A stretch of DNA of 64,000 nucleotides. Source: an uncultured Thiomicrorhabdus sp. Lineage in GTDB: Bacteria; Pseudomonadota; Gammaproteobacteria; Thiomicrospirales; Thiomicrospiraceae. This document shows, piece after piece, positions 54,611 to 64,000 of the stretch. A model generated the notes under the pieces. The model was not told the origin of the DNA. It searched no databases and saw only the letters and a program-made list of their open reading frames with translations. How positions within the stretch are numbered: the first letter of the stretch is position 1; the number at the start of each line of letters is the position of its first letter. The position numbers and the translations under genes are program-made. The stretch spans positions 33,887 through 97,886 of the forward strand of contig CBFDDF010000008.1 of NCBI GenBank assembly GCA_965603495.1, in the 5' to 3' direction.

Positions 54611-55497
54611 GGAACCCCTTTTACCTTTGTAAAAATATTATCGTAATTTTCGATTGACCAATCATGAAATAATTTTGGATCCAATCGATGATATAAAAAC
54701 CACACTTCGTAGTGTAAATGATTACCAGAAGAACGGCCTGTTGTACCAATTTCACCAATTTTATCGCCCTTTTGAACATACTGACCGATCTTCACAGACC
54801 GCTTGCTTAAATGTCCATACAGAGTTCTAAAACCGTTTGCGTGTGCCAGACTTATTAAATTACCAAATCCACTGTCTTTACTAACCGCTGAAAACTTGAC
54901 CACGCCATCAGCAGTCGCAATCACGTCCGCCCCTTTTCTACCCCGATAATCAATTCCACCATGCAAATGTCTTTTGCCGGTAATCGGATGATTTCGATAA
55001 CCAAAAGGACTGGTCAAGCCCTTGTAATTTGCCACCGCATGACCGCTAGGAATCATTGATAACATCAAATCTTTACCCAAAGAGCTTAACTGAACCTGCT
55101 TAACACGCTCTTCAATAGTGAGAGCCTCTGAGTCCTCATGACTATCACTATTCTCGCCAACCAGCTCTTCTAAACCTTGTAAGGTTTGATCTAAAAAAGC
55201 CACTTGAGAACTCGTGATCAACAAATCCTGTTCTATCTTCTCTTTTTCTACTAATAACGATTCATACTCAGCACGCGTCAACTCCAAGCCTTCATTGTAA
55301 GCCTTTACCATGGCCTCATGCCTAACCTCTATATCTGAAGCTTGATGAGTTAACCACCAAATTGAAACGCCACCAACCACCCACACCACTATAAATAGAG
55401 CAAGTAGCACCCAGACAAATTTTCTGACAAATTGCTTAAAAGAAAAATGTCGAGTGCCACGCACATCACTAATAGTTATCGTGAAATGGTCTTTCAT
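54511..55497 (-). CDS. Membrane-anchored M23 family metallopeptidase
   Basis: N-terminal TM, coiled coil, HGGID (HxxxD), YGHL, SSGNHLHYEV (HxH). Confidence 0.92.
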   Translation of the reverse strand: MKDHFTITISDVRGTRHFSFKQFVRKFVWVLLALFIVVWVVGGVSIWWLTHQASDIEVRHEAMVKAYNEGLELTRAEYESLLVEKEKIEQDLLITSSQVAFLDQTLQGLEELVGENSDSHEDSEALTIEERVKQVQLSSLGKDLMLSMIPSGHAVANYKGLTSPFGYRNHPITGKRHLHGGIDYRGRKGADVIATADGVVKFSAVSKDSGFGNLISLAHANGFRTLYGHLSKRSVKIGQYVQKGDKIGEIGTTGRSSGNHLHYEVWFLYHRLDPKLFHDWSIENYDNIFTKVKGVPWGSLTQAVDKRVKKVEKQLLLRGVQLAGKSPN

Positions 55498-55525
55498 AAA
55501 AGATTAAAACCCCATAGATAAAAGA

Positions 55526-56599
55526 TTACAGAGCAGCAACAACAGCGTTACCCATCTCACTGCAACTCACTCTTGTCATACCATCAGAATAGATATCACC
55601 GGTACGTAAACCTTGATCCAATACTTTTGACACAGCTAGTTCAATTTTCACAGCCAAATCTTCACGACCTAAAGTATAACGTAACATCATGGCTGCGGAT
55701 AAAATAGTCGCTAAAGGATTTGCCAAATTTTGCCCCGCAATATCCGGTGCTGAACCGTGGCTGGGTTCGTACATACCTTTATTTTTAGCATCTAAAGATG
55801 CTGACGCTAACATGCCGATAGAGCCCGTCAACATAGAAGCCTCATCCGACAAGATATCACCAAACATATTACCCGTCACCATAACATCAAACTGTTTCGG
55901 ATTAAGAATCAACTGCATTGCAGCATTATCGACATACATGTGATTCACAGTTACTTCAGGATATTCTGCCGCGACAATATCGACGATTTCACGCCAAAGT
56001 TCAGTTACCTCTAAAACATTGGCCTTATCAACTGAGGTCAATTTCTTATCACGCTTCATGGCAGCCTGGAAAGCAACGTGAGCGATACGCTTGATTTCAG
56101 ACTCTTTATAAACGTAAGTGTTATAACCTTGACGCTCACCATTCTCTAAAGTACGAATACCACGTGGCTGACCAAAATAGATACCGCCAGTTAATTCACG
56201 GACAATCAAAATATCCAAACCAGCAACCACTTCGGGCTTTAGCGTTGAAGCATCTGCTAACTGAGGAAATAAATAAGCAGGACGTAAGTTAGCGAACAAC
56301 TGCATTTCAGAACGTAAGCGCAATAAACCTTTTTCCGGACGGACTGAGATATCTAATGATTCCCATTTATAACCACCAACCGCACCTAACAGCACCGCAT
56401 CAGCTGCTTCTGCTTTCGCCATCGTTTCATCAGATAATGGCACACCGTGTACATCATAAGCTGCACCACCAACCAAATCTTCAGACATTTCAATATCTAA
56501 ATTATCCGATAGTTTTAAAGCATCTAAAACCTTAACTGCTTCTGCAGTAATCTCTGGGCCGATTCCATCACCTGGTAAAACCAATACTTGCTGTGTCAT
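55526..56599 (-). CDS. leuB: 3-isopropylmalate dehydrogenase
   Basis: [44 protein letters not shown]. Confidence 0.98.
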   Translation of the reverse strand: MTQQVLVLPGDGIGPEITAEAVKVLDALKLSDNLDIEMSEDLVGGAAYDVHGVPLSDETMAKAEAADAVLLGAVGGYKWESLDISVRPEKGLLRLRSEMQLFANLRPAYLFPQLADASTLKPEVVAGLDILIVRELTGGIYFGQPRGIRTLENGERQGYNTYVYKESEIKRIAHVAFQAAMKRDKKLTSVDKANVLEVTELWREIVDIVAAEYPEVTVNHMYVDNAAMQLILNPKQFDVMVTGNMFGDILSDEASMLTGSIGMLASASLDAKNKGMYEPSHGSAPDIAGQNLANPLATILSAAMMLRYTLGREDLAVKIELAVSKVLDQGLRTGDIYSDGMTRVSCSEMGNAVVAAL

Positions 56600-56645
56600 A
56601 TCATTAACTCTTAATTCTTTAAATTTAAATTCTGTGTTGTAACTG

Positions 56646-56657
56646 ACCAGGCCTGGT
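56646..56657. repeat. ACCAGGCCTGGT palindrome in the leuD-leuB spacer
   Basis: Exact copy. Confidence 0.95.
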
Positions 56658-56699
56658 TACTTCTCATAACCTTATTATTGACCTGATTCAAAGCATATC

Positions 56700-57338
56700 T
56701 CAGTTAAACAACCAAGGCGCTACTTTTCTAGTCTTGGCTTCATAGGCTTTAATATCATCTTGATAAGCCAATGTTAAACCGATGTCATCCAAACCATTCA
56801 TTAAGCAATGCTTTCTAAAAGAGTCCACTTCAAATGGAATCGCTTCCCCATTAGGCTTAATGATTTGTTGCGCCGCTAAATCAACTGTTAGTTGATAACC
56901 CTCTTCAGCAAACACCTCTTTAAACAGACCATCAACGATAGCCTCATCTAAAACAATCGGAATAATGCCGTTTTTGAAGCAGTTATTAAAAAAGATATCA
57001 GCAAAACTTGGCGCGATAACCACATCAAAACCGTAATCTTTCAGCGCCCAAGGTGCGTGCTCTCGACTTGATCCACAACCAAAATTTTCACGCGCCAATA
57101 AAATATGAGCACCCTGATAACGAGCTTGATTTAAAACAAACTCTTTACGTAACGGACGACCTGAGTTATCAGAATCAGGCTGACCCACATCTTCATAACG
57201 CCATTCATCAAACAAGTTAGGACCAAAACCTGTGCGTTTAATTGATTTTAAAAACTGCTTAGGAATAATCGCATCAGTATCCACATTCGCACGGTCCATC
57301 GGGGCAACAATTGATGTCTTTTTTATAAACTTTTCCAT
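56700..57338 (-). CDS. leuD: 3-isopropylmalate dehydratase small subunit
   Basis: [34 protein letters not shown]. Confidence 0.98.
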   Translation of the reverse strand: MEKFIKKTSIVAPMDRANVDTDAIIPKQFLKSIKRTGFGPNLFDEWRYEDVGQPDSDNSGRPLRKEFVLNQARYQGAHILLARENFGCGSSREHAPWALKDYGFDVVIAPSFADIFFNNCFKNGIIPIVLDEAIVDGLFKEVFAEEGYQLTVDLAAQQIIKPNGEAIPFEVDSFRKHCLMNGLDDIGLTLAYQDDIKAYEAKTRKVAPWLFN

Positions 57339-57361
57339 CTTATCTCTCCACTCCTGCTCGG

Positions 57362-58777
57362 TTAGATGTAATCACGCACGTCAACAAAATGACCTGCTAT
57401 CGCTGCCGCTGCCGCCATTTCCGGACTGACCAAATGAGTACGACCACCCGCGCCTTGACGACCTTCAAAGTTACGGTTTGAAGTTGAGGCACAATGTTTA
57501 CCGGTCGGTAACTTATCAGCGTTCATCGCTAAACACATCGAACAGCCAGGATTACGCCATTCAAAACCAGCCTCAATAAAGATTTTATCTAAACCTTCCG
57601 CTTCTGCTTGCTGTTTAACCAAACCAGAACCCGGTACAGCTAAGGCCAATTCGACTTTATCCGAAACCTTTCTACCTTTCAACACTGCTGCCGCAGCTCT
57701 AAAATCTTCAATACGTGAATTGGTACAAGAACCGATAAAGATATATTCAGCTGGAATATCTTTAATAGCCATATCCGCTTCAAGCCCCATATAGGCTAAA
57801 GCTCGACGAATTCCGTCCGCTTTCACCACATCCATTTCATTTGCAGGATTAGGAACCTTACCGTTGATATCTAACACCATCTCTGGCGAAGTACCCCAGG
57901 TGACTTGTGGCTCAATAATTGAACCATCTAATTCAACTACAGTATCAAACACCGCATCGGCATCAGAGGTTAAATCCATCCACGCAACCACCGCCGCATC
58001 CCAATTATCGCCTGTTGGTGAAAAAGGGCGACCTTGAACATATTCGATGGTTTTCTCATCCACCGCAACTAAACCAACACGCGCGCCGCCTTCAATCGCC
58101 ATATTACAAACGGTCATACGCCCTTCAATGGACATATCACGAAAGACTTGACCACCGAACTCGATCGCATGACCATTGCCGCCAGCTGTACCAATCTTGC
58201 CAATAATTGCCAACACGACATCTTTTGGAGTCACGCCCGCGGATAATTTCCCGTCGACCTTGACCAGCATATTCTTCATCTTTTTCTGAATTAAGCACTG
58301 AGTCGCCAAGACGTGCTCGACTTCAGAGGTACCGATACCGTGCGCTAATGCACCCAAAGCACCATGTGTTGCCGTATGAGAATCACCACAAACCACGGTC
58401 ATACCAGGCAAAGTTGCACCGGACTCAGGGCCAACGACATGAACGATACCTTGACGAATATCACCCATCGCATATTCTGTAATCCCAAATTCACGGGTAT
58501 TCATACCCAAAGTCTCAACTTGAATACGTGAAACAGGATCGGTGATACTCGCAATCCCATTACTTAAATCTGTCGTCGGCACGTTATGATCCGGCGTGGC
58601 TAAATTAGTATCAATACGCCAAGGCTTACGATGTGCCATGCGCAGACCTTCAAACGCCTGTGGAGAAGTTACCTCATGTAGCAACTGGCGATCAATATAA
58701 ATCAGAGCCGTTCCATCATCTTCCTGACGCACAATATGTGCATCCCACAATTTATCGTATAAAGTCTTTGCTGACAT
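57362..58777 (-). CDS. leuC: 3-isopropylmalate dehydratase large subunit
   Basis: [42 protein letters not shown]. The track starts at 58816; ATG 58777 is more likely. Confidence 0.98.
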   Translation of the reverse strand: MSAKTLYDKLWDAHIVRQEDDGTALIYIDRQLLHEVTSPQAFEGLRMAHRKPWRIDTNLATPDHNVPTTDLSNGIASITDPVSRIQVETLGMNTREFGITEYAMGDIRQGIVHVVGPESGATLPGMTVVCGDSHTATHGALGALAHGIGTSEVEHVLATQCLIQKKMKNMLVKVDGKLSAGVTPKDVVLAIIGKIGTAGGNGHAIEFGGQVFRDMSIEGRMTVCNMAIEGGARVGLVAVDEKTIEYVQGRPFSPTGDNWDAAVVAWMDLTSDADAVFDTVVELDGSIIEPQVTWGTSPEMVLDINGKVPNPANEMDVVKADGIRRALAYMGLEADMAIKDIPAEYIFIGSCTNSRIEDFRAAAAVLKGRKVSDKVELALAVPGSGLVKQQAEAEGLDKIFIEAGFEWRNPGCSMCLAMNADKLPTGKHCASTSNRNFEGRQGAGGRTHLVSPEMAAAAAIAGHFVDVRDYI

Positions 58778-58941
58778 CGCGTTTAACCCAACCAGTGTAA
58801 ATTTTAAAATAATCACAAATTATATCACTTCATCCCCCATTCTAAATAGTAAAATACACGCAATATATCAATCTATTCGACTTATTCGTACTAAGCAAAA
58901 GCTTTCAGTGAAAGCCCGCATAAAACCAAAGGAAATCAAAG

Positions 58942-59598
58942 ATGAGTTATTCGGTGAAAGAAGTCTTTTACTCCTTACAAGGTGAAGGATTCCATAGCGG
59001 CCGCCCTGCTATTTTTTGCCGAATGAGCAAGTGCAACCTATGGACAGGCCGAGAAGAAGATCGTGCGACGGCCGTTTGCCAATTTTGCGATACTGATTTT
59101 ATTGGTACCGATGGTCAAAACGGCGGCAAGTTTGCAGATGCCGAAGCACTTTGCCAACACCTTTTACAATTTTGGCCTAAAGACTCAAAAGGCGAAACAA
59201 AAGAGCACCCATTTGTCGTTATCACTGGCGGCGAGCCGCTTTTACAGGTTGACAAGCTGCTAATCGACCAACTGCATAAACATCACTTCGAGATTGCCAT
59301 TGAAACCAACGGCACCAAATCAGCACCCGAAAATATCGATTGGATTTGCATGAGCCCTAAAGCCAACGCACCCCTTATTTTGGAATCGGGTCACGAGTTA
59401 AAATTGGTTTACCCTCAGCCGGATTTAATGCCTGAGAAAGTGGCTGATTTAGATTATGATTACTTCTACTTACAACCCATGGATGACAAAGATCCTTTGG
59501 TAACTCAACAAAACATTAAACAAGCCGTGGCATATTGCTTGGCTCACCCGCAATGGAAATTGAGCTTACAGACCCATAAACTATTGGGCATTGACTAA
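58942..59598 (+). CDS. queE: 7-carboxy-7-deazaguanine synthase (radical SAM, Cx14CxxC type)
   Basis: KEVFYSLQGEG, C-N14-CQFCDT, ITGGEPL, IETNG, SPK, LSLQTHK. Confidence 0.93.
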   Translation: MSYSVKEVFYSLQGEGFHSGRPAIFCRMSKCNLWTGREEDRATAVCQFCDTDFIGTDGQNGGKFADAEALCQHLLQFWPKDSKGETKEHPFVVITGGEPLLQVDKLLIDQLHKHHFEIAIETNGTKSAPENIDWICMSPKANAPLILESGHELKLVYPQPDLMPEKVADLDYDYFYLQPMDDKDPLVTQQNIKQAVAYCLAHPQWKLSLQTHKLLGID

Positions 59599-59623
59599 AC
59601 TACGCCACTCTAAAAGCCAATTG

Positions 59624-59635
59624 ACCAGGCCTGGT
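59624..59635. repeat. ACCAGGCCTGGT palindrome after queE (extends to AATTGACCAGGCCTGGTCAATT, 59619-59640)
   Basis: Exact copy within a 22-bp perfect palindrome. Confidence 0.95.
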
Positions 59636-59729
59636 CAATTGCTGAAAGTGCTTTGTGAGAGTTAAAAACATCACTGACTAAGCATACATAACTTAAATGT
59701 AACCCAAATTAACTTAATCGCAGAAGCCT

Positions 59730-61025
59730 ATGACACAAAAAAACCAGCCAAACACATTGATTGACTCTATAGAAATCACCGGACTAACGCATGATGGTCG
59801 CGGAGTTGCTCGCCATAACGGCAAAACGGTATTTGTTCATCAGGCGGTACCTGGTGATGTTGTCAAAGCCAAAATCACTCAATCACAAGATAAGTTTGAC
59901 GAAGCCGACTGCCTAGCAATCCTGACGCCTTCAAGTGACCGGGTTGAGCCATTTTGTGAATACTATGCAAACTGTGGTGGCTGCCAACTACAACACCTTT
60001 CATTGGATGCGCAACGTCATTGGAAAAACCAAAACTTTATGACGGGTCTCATTCAGGCAGTGGATTCTAAGCAGTGCAAAACCGCCGAACCTTTAATAGG
60101 GACAGGTACTGGTTATCGTAGACGCGCACGATTAGGTCTCGTGATTAGTAAAAAAGACAAGGTCGCGCGCTTAGGCTTTAGGCAAAAATCGTCTAATGAA
60201 CTCATCGACATAAAAAACTGTCCTGTTTTGAGCCCAGCTTTAAATCAAGCGATTCAAGATAATCGTGCCGCTTTATTAGAAACCGCCAGTCGTGCTTATA
60301 AAGAGATTACCTTTGTAGAAGCCGACAATGGCATCTTTATCAATAACTCTACCGACAAAGCAGGCGATTCTGAATCAAACACAGCTGCCTTACCTTATTA
60401 CCAACTCAACACTGAAGTGAATAAAATCCCGACAAAATTGACCCTAACGTTTCCTAAAGAGGGTTTTATTCAGGTCAATGCAGAACAGAACAAAGCTATG
60501 GTCAACCAGGCTATGGCATGGCTTAACCTTGAGTCCTCTCACAAGGTATTAGACCTATTCTGCGGTGTTGGTAATTTCACCCTGCCAATTGCCCAGCAAG
60601 TTTCGCAAGTGGTCGGCATTGAAGGTGAACAATCTTTAGTTGAGGTCGCCAATCACAATGCACAACTCAACCAACTAGATAATGTTAAGTTCGACAAAGC
60701 CAACTTGTTTAACGACATGCGCCCACTACCTTGGTTCAAGAACAACAAGTATGACCGTATTCTGCTAGACCCAGGCCGTCAAGGTGCGTTTGAACTGTGC
60801 AAAACACTAGGATTGCTTAAGGCGGAAATCATCGTTTATGTTTCTTGTCATGCCGCCACTTTGATTCGTGACATTAAAGAACTTGAAAAACAAGGATATC
60901 GCCTAACCAAAGCTGGCCTTATCGACATGTTTCCCCACACAACTCATACGGAAGTCATGGTGCAATTGACCAAGACGAACAAAGCGACACCTAAAATTAA
61001 GAAACGCGCAATTTTTAAACTTTAA
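59730..61025 (+). CDS. rlmD: 23S rRNA m5U methyltransferase, RlmD/RumA family
   Basis: TRAM domain, CEYYANCGGCQLQH Fe-S motif, FIQVN, DLFCGVGNF, YVSC, DMFPHT. Confidence 0.88.
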   Translation: MTQKNQPNTLIDSIEITGLTHDGRGVARHNGKTVFVHQAVPGDVVKAKITQSQDKFDEADCLAILTPSSDRVEPFCEYYANCGGCQLQHLSLDAQRHWKNQNFMTGLIQAVDSKQCKTAEPLIGTGTGYRRRARLGLVISKKDKVARLGFRQKSSNELIDIKNCPVLSPALNQAIQDNRAALLETASRAYKEITFVEADNGIFINNSTDKAGDSESNTAALPYYQLNTEVNKIPTKLTLTFPKEGFIQVNAEQNKAMVNQAMAWLNLESSHKVLDLFCGVGNFTLPIAQQVSQVVGIEGEQSLVEVANHNAQLNQLDNVKFDKANLFNDMRPLPWFKNNKYDRILLDPGRQGAFELCKTLGLLKAEIIVYVSCHAATLIRDIKELEKQGYRLTKAGLIDMFPHTTHTEVMVQLTKTNKATPKIKKRAIFKL

Positions 61026-61202
61026 CCTTCCGCGTTTGCATTCAAATTGATGTCATCCCGCCAGAGATAAAGCGCCCTTTATCTCTGAACCCGCAAGACT
61101 TTAGTACGCTACCAAGACCCTATCAATAACAAACACCCTCCATCATTTAGTTCAATCTTTTCAAGATTAGAGTTTCATGATATAGTGAACTTTAATATTT
61201 TA

Positions 61203-61238
61203 TTAGCCATGACTAACTTTTTATTTAATCATGACTTA
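61203..61238. promoter_or_regulatory. Candidate DtxR/MntR-type metal repressor boxes
   Basis: TTAGCCATGACTAA (61203-61216, 12/14 palindromic) and TTAATCATGACTTA (61225-61238), 22 bp apart, upstream of the metal ABC operon. Confidence 0.45.
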
Positions 61239-61286
61239 GCCCACTGATTTAGCTCGATATTAGACATACTTTAAAACGTCATTTTA

Positions 61287-62285
61287 ATGAGAAATTCTAT
61301 GCAACCGTTGATTATTTTTCCCACGACTGCCACAGAACACAGGCAGGACTTTCGCTTAAATAAGAGCTCAACCCTAGGCTTAAATGTGTTCTTGAGTTTA
61401 GTCGGTTTACTTTTACTGGGCTGGGCTTTTTCAGCCCAGGCACAACTTAAAGTCGTGACGACCACAGGGATGATTGCCGACCTGACGCAAAACATTGGTG
61501 GCCAACACGTCGAAGTCACAGCTCTGATGGGAAGCGGCGTGGACCCTCACTTATACAAAGCGACTCAAGGCGACTTACGTCGATTAACTAAAGCGGACAT
61601 TATTCTGTATAACGGTTTACATCTTGAAGGCAAGATGCAGGATATTTTTGAGAAGATGGCGCGTAAAAAACCCGTCTTTGCCGTCAGTAGTTTGATTCCA
61701 CACTCGCAACTACGACAACATGGTCACTTTCCCGACCCACATATTTGGTTTGACTTGAGCCTTTGGCAACAAGCAGGTCAGCGAGTATTACAAATCTTGC
61801 AACAGCAAGATCCAAAAAACCAACAGGCCTATGCCGATAATGCGCAAACTTATCTAAATGAGATGCAGCAATTACACCAATGGATACAAACTAAGGTGTT
61901 AAGTATTCCAGCAAAACAGCGTATTTTAATTACCGCCCATGATGCCTTTGGTTATTTTGGACAGGCATATGGCATGCAAGTAATGGGTTTACAGGGCATC
62001 AGCACCGCGTCTGAATTTGGCTTGCAAGACATTAAACAATTAAAAGACATTATTGTTCAAAATCAGATTAAAGCTGTTTTTGTCGAATCCAGCGTATCTC
62101 CCCGCTTCATCCAGTCACTGGTCGCAGGCGTTAAAGCCGAAGGTCATGACTTGAGCATTGGTGGAGAACTCTATTCAGATGCCATGGGTAAAAGCGATAC
62201 ACCAACTGGCAGTTATTTTGGTATGGTCAAGCACAATGTGAAGACAATTGTCGACGCACTGAAAAACGCGACACCACAGCCTTAA
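61287..62285 (+). CDS. Mn/Zn ABC transporter substrate-binding protein (TroA/MntC-like)
   Basis: VVTTTGMIADL, GVDPHLY, YNGLHLE, DPHIW, TAHDAFGYF, FVESSV, GELYSDAMG; start uncertain. Confidence 0.92.
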   Translation: MRNSMQPLIIFPTTATEHRQDFRLNKSSTLGLNVFLSLVGLLLLGWAFSAQAQLKVVTTTGMIADLTQNIGGQHVEVTALMGSGVDPHLYKATQGDLRRLTKADIILYNGLHLEGKMQDIFEKMARKKPVFAVSSLIPHSQLRQHGHFPDPHIWFDLSLWQQAGQRVLQILQQQDPKNQQAYADNAQTYLNEMQQLHQWIQTKVLSIPAKQRILITAHDAFGYFGQAYGMQVMGLQGISTASEFGLQDIKQLKDIIVQNQIKAVFVESSVSPRFIQSLVAGVKAEGHDLSIGGELYSDAMGKSDTPTGSYFGMVKHNVKTIVDALKNATPQP

Positions 62286-62340
62286 AAGACCGTTCTATTA
62301 AACCGTCTAAATTAAAGAATCATACTTAAAGAGCCATTAT

Positions 62341-63153
62341 ATGAGCCGTTCCAATGCAAACACTAACTCAAACAAACCCTCACCACTGAGCGTTCAACAC
62401 TTGAGCATGCGTTATCACCATAAACCAGTGTTGACTGATGTCAGTTTTGATATCCCCGAAGGCAAAACCATCGCCATTGTGGGGCCGAATGGTGCCGGAA
62501 AATCAACCCTTCTCAAAGGCATTATGGGGTTGGAACCGAGCATTGAAGGCCACGTCAGCTTCTTTGGGGAATCGCTTGCTAAAAAACGTCAAGCGACAGC
62601 TTATGTACCTCAACGAGAAGAGATTGATTGGGATTTTCCCATTAATGTATTGGATGTCGTATTGATGGGACGACACGGCCACCTTAAATTGTGGCAACGC
62701 CCTAGCCAACTCGATCAAGACATTGCTGAGCAAGCGCTGAAAGACCTCAAGATGTGGGACTTTAAAGATCGACAAATCAGTCAACTTTCAGGCGGACAAC
62801 AACAACGTGTCTTTTTGGCTCGAGCCCTCGCTCAGCAAGCCACCTTGTATCTAATGGATGAACCTTTTGCAGGGGTTGATGTCGCCACCGAACAAGCCAT
62901 TATCGAGCTCTTTAAAGAACTTAAATCACAAGGTAAAACCATTATCTGCGTACATCACGATTTAAACACGGTCGGCGAGTACTTCGATTGGATTATTTTT
63001 ATCAATGCACGCCTGATTGCCGCAGGCCCGGTTGAAGAAGTCCTGACCAAAGATAATCTTAATAAAACTTACGGTGGTCGCCTCTCCCTCTTGAATGACT
63101 TAACTGAACAGATGTACCGCACCCAGCTTAATAAAGCACACGATACGGATTAG
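62341..63153 (+). CDS. Mn/Zn ABC transporter ATP-binding protein (TroB-like)
   Basis: GPNGAGKST, YVPQR, LSGGQQQR, MDEPFAGVD, CVHHDL. Confidence 0.93.
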   Translation: MSRSNANTNSNKPSPLSVQHLSMRYHHKPVLTDVSFDIPEGKTIAIVGPNGAGKSTLLKGIMGLEPSIEGHVSFFGESLAKKRQATAYVPQREEIDWDFPINVLDVVLMGRHGHLKLWQRPSQLDQDIAEQALKDLKMWDFKDRQISQLSGGQQQRVFLARALAQQATLYLMDEPFAGVDVATEQAIIELFKELKSQGKTIICVHHDLNTVGEYFDWIIFINARLIAAGPVEEVLTKDNLNKTYGGRLSLLNDLTEQMYRTQLNKAHDTD

Positions 63154-63161
63154 GCGAAATA

Positions 63162-64000
63162 ATGGAAGCATTTACCTTACTTGAAACGCCATCCGTCTGG
63201 ACGAATTGGTTGGCCTTCTGGTCTTTTGAAGACATCAACTTGCTCTGGGTATTGATGGGGAGCATTTTACTGGGCATGAGTGCCTCGGTGATTGGTGGCT
63301 TTGCTTTTTTACGCAAACGCTCTTTGATTGGAGACGCCTTAGCGCATGCGGCGCTACCAGGTGTCATGATGGCTTTTTTACTATTTCAAAGCCGCGATCC
63401 CTTAGTGATGTTCTTAGGCGCAGTTTTAAGCAGTTTTGTCGGTTTTTATTTAATTGACTGGCTACCGAAAAACACCAAAATCAAAGCCGATGCCGCACTG
63501 GCCATTACCCTCTCATTTTTCTTCGCATTAGGCCTCATGCTACTCTCTTATATTCAGGGCCTAGAAGTCGACAATAAGAGTGGTTTAGATAAAATCCTCT
63601 TCGGCCAAGCCGCCGCCATGACTCAACAAGACATTAATCTATTGGCGTACGTGGCACTTTTCGTACTGATTTGTGTGGCGTTATTTTTTCAGAAGTTTCG
63701 CTTAATCGCCTTTAGCGCAACCTATGCACGCACCATTGGCATCGCGGTTAATCGTTATGAACTGCTATTAGCGCTATTGATTGTCATGTCGGTAGTGGTC
63801 GGCTTGCAACTCGTCGGTGTGGTATTAATGGCCGCTGTACTGCTCACCCCAATTGCCGCCGCACGCTTCTGGAGTAATCAACTTTCACACATCCTGATTA
63901 TCTCAGCGATTTTAGGCGGGTTAAGCGCCATTATTAGCACGCAGATTTCCTACCTGGCGCCCGCCATGCCGACGGGTCCGTGGATGGTTGTCAGTTTATC
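63162..64000 (+). CDS. Mn/Zn ABC transporter permease (TroC-like), runs off the window
   Basis: Manual translation from ATG 63162: ...GGFAFLRKRSLIGDALAHAALPGV...; not in the ORF track. Confidence 0.9.
   Translation, partial: MEAFTLLETPSVWTNWLAFWSFEDINLLWVLMGSILLGMSASVIGGFAFLRKRSLIGDALAHAALPGVMMAFLLFQSRDPLVMFLGAVLSSFVGFYLIDWLPKNTKIKADAALAITLSFFFALGLMLLSYIQGLEVDNKSGLDKILFGQAAAMTQQDINLLAYVALFVLICVALFFQKFRLIAFSATYARTIGIAVNRYELLLALLIVMSVVVGLQLVGVVLMAAVLLTPIAAARFWSNQLSHILIISAILGGLSAIISTQISYLAPAMPTGPWMVVSL

Noticed and set aside
58778-58941. Leucine attenuator leader upstream of leuC
   Set aside because: No Leu-rich leader peptide or terminator/antiterminator pair seen.
60760-60870. RlmD motif variants LDPGR (usually LDPPR) and SCHAAT (usually SCNPAT) as signs of inactivation
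   Set aside because: The catalytic Cys, the downstream Glu, the SAM-binding motif and the Fe-S cysteines are retained; this is likely ordinary divergence.

Overview
64-kb window of an AT-rich gammaproteobacterial chromosome (low-40s % GC by eye). Sequence style and gene order suggest a Thiomicrorhabdus/Hydrogenovibrio-type organism; this is inference and was not checked against a database. Most of the window is core genome: cheW (partial), ygfZ, lysS, prfB with its +1 frameshift, fumC, thioredoxin, the 14-gene nuoA-N operon between tRNA-Leu(GAG) and tRNA-fMet, secG-tpiA-glmM-folP-ftsH-rlmE-yhbY, the leuCDB...asd-truA-trpFBA-accD-folC-dedD-purF-metZ superoperon, queE, rlmD and a Mn/Zn ABC importer. 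Three things stand out. (1) The palindrome ACCAGGCCTGGT occurs 11 times exactly, plus 3 one-mismatch copies, in both intergenic and coding DNA. It behaves like a HIP1-type iterated palindrome or a chromosome-wide protein-binding site. (2) A 9-kb four-gene signalling cluster (12007-21203) sits next to a decayed tyrosine integrase at the tRNA-fMet 3' end. It encodes a single-chain CHASE-PAS-heme PAS-kinase-REC-HPt-REC-EAL protein, an HPt-REC-REC-PAS-kinase with a G9 tract, and two paralogous Asp-less pseudo-receivers. (3) Smaller signals: a sigma-28 promoter in front of a DUF5610-like gene, tandem repeats before nuoA, an overlapping M23-bactofilin pair and candidate metal-repressor boxes. All domain calls are motif recognition by eye; no searches were run.
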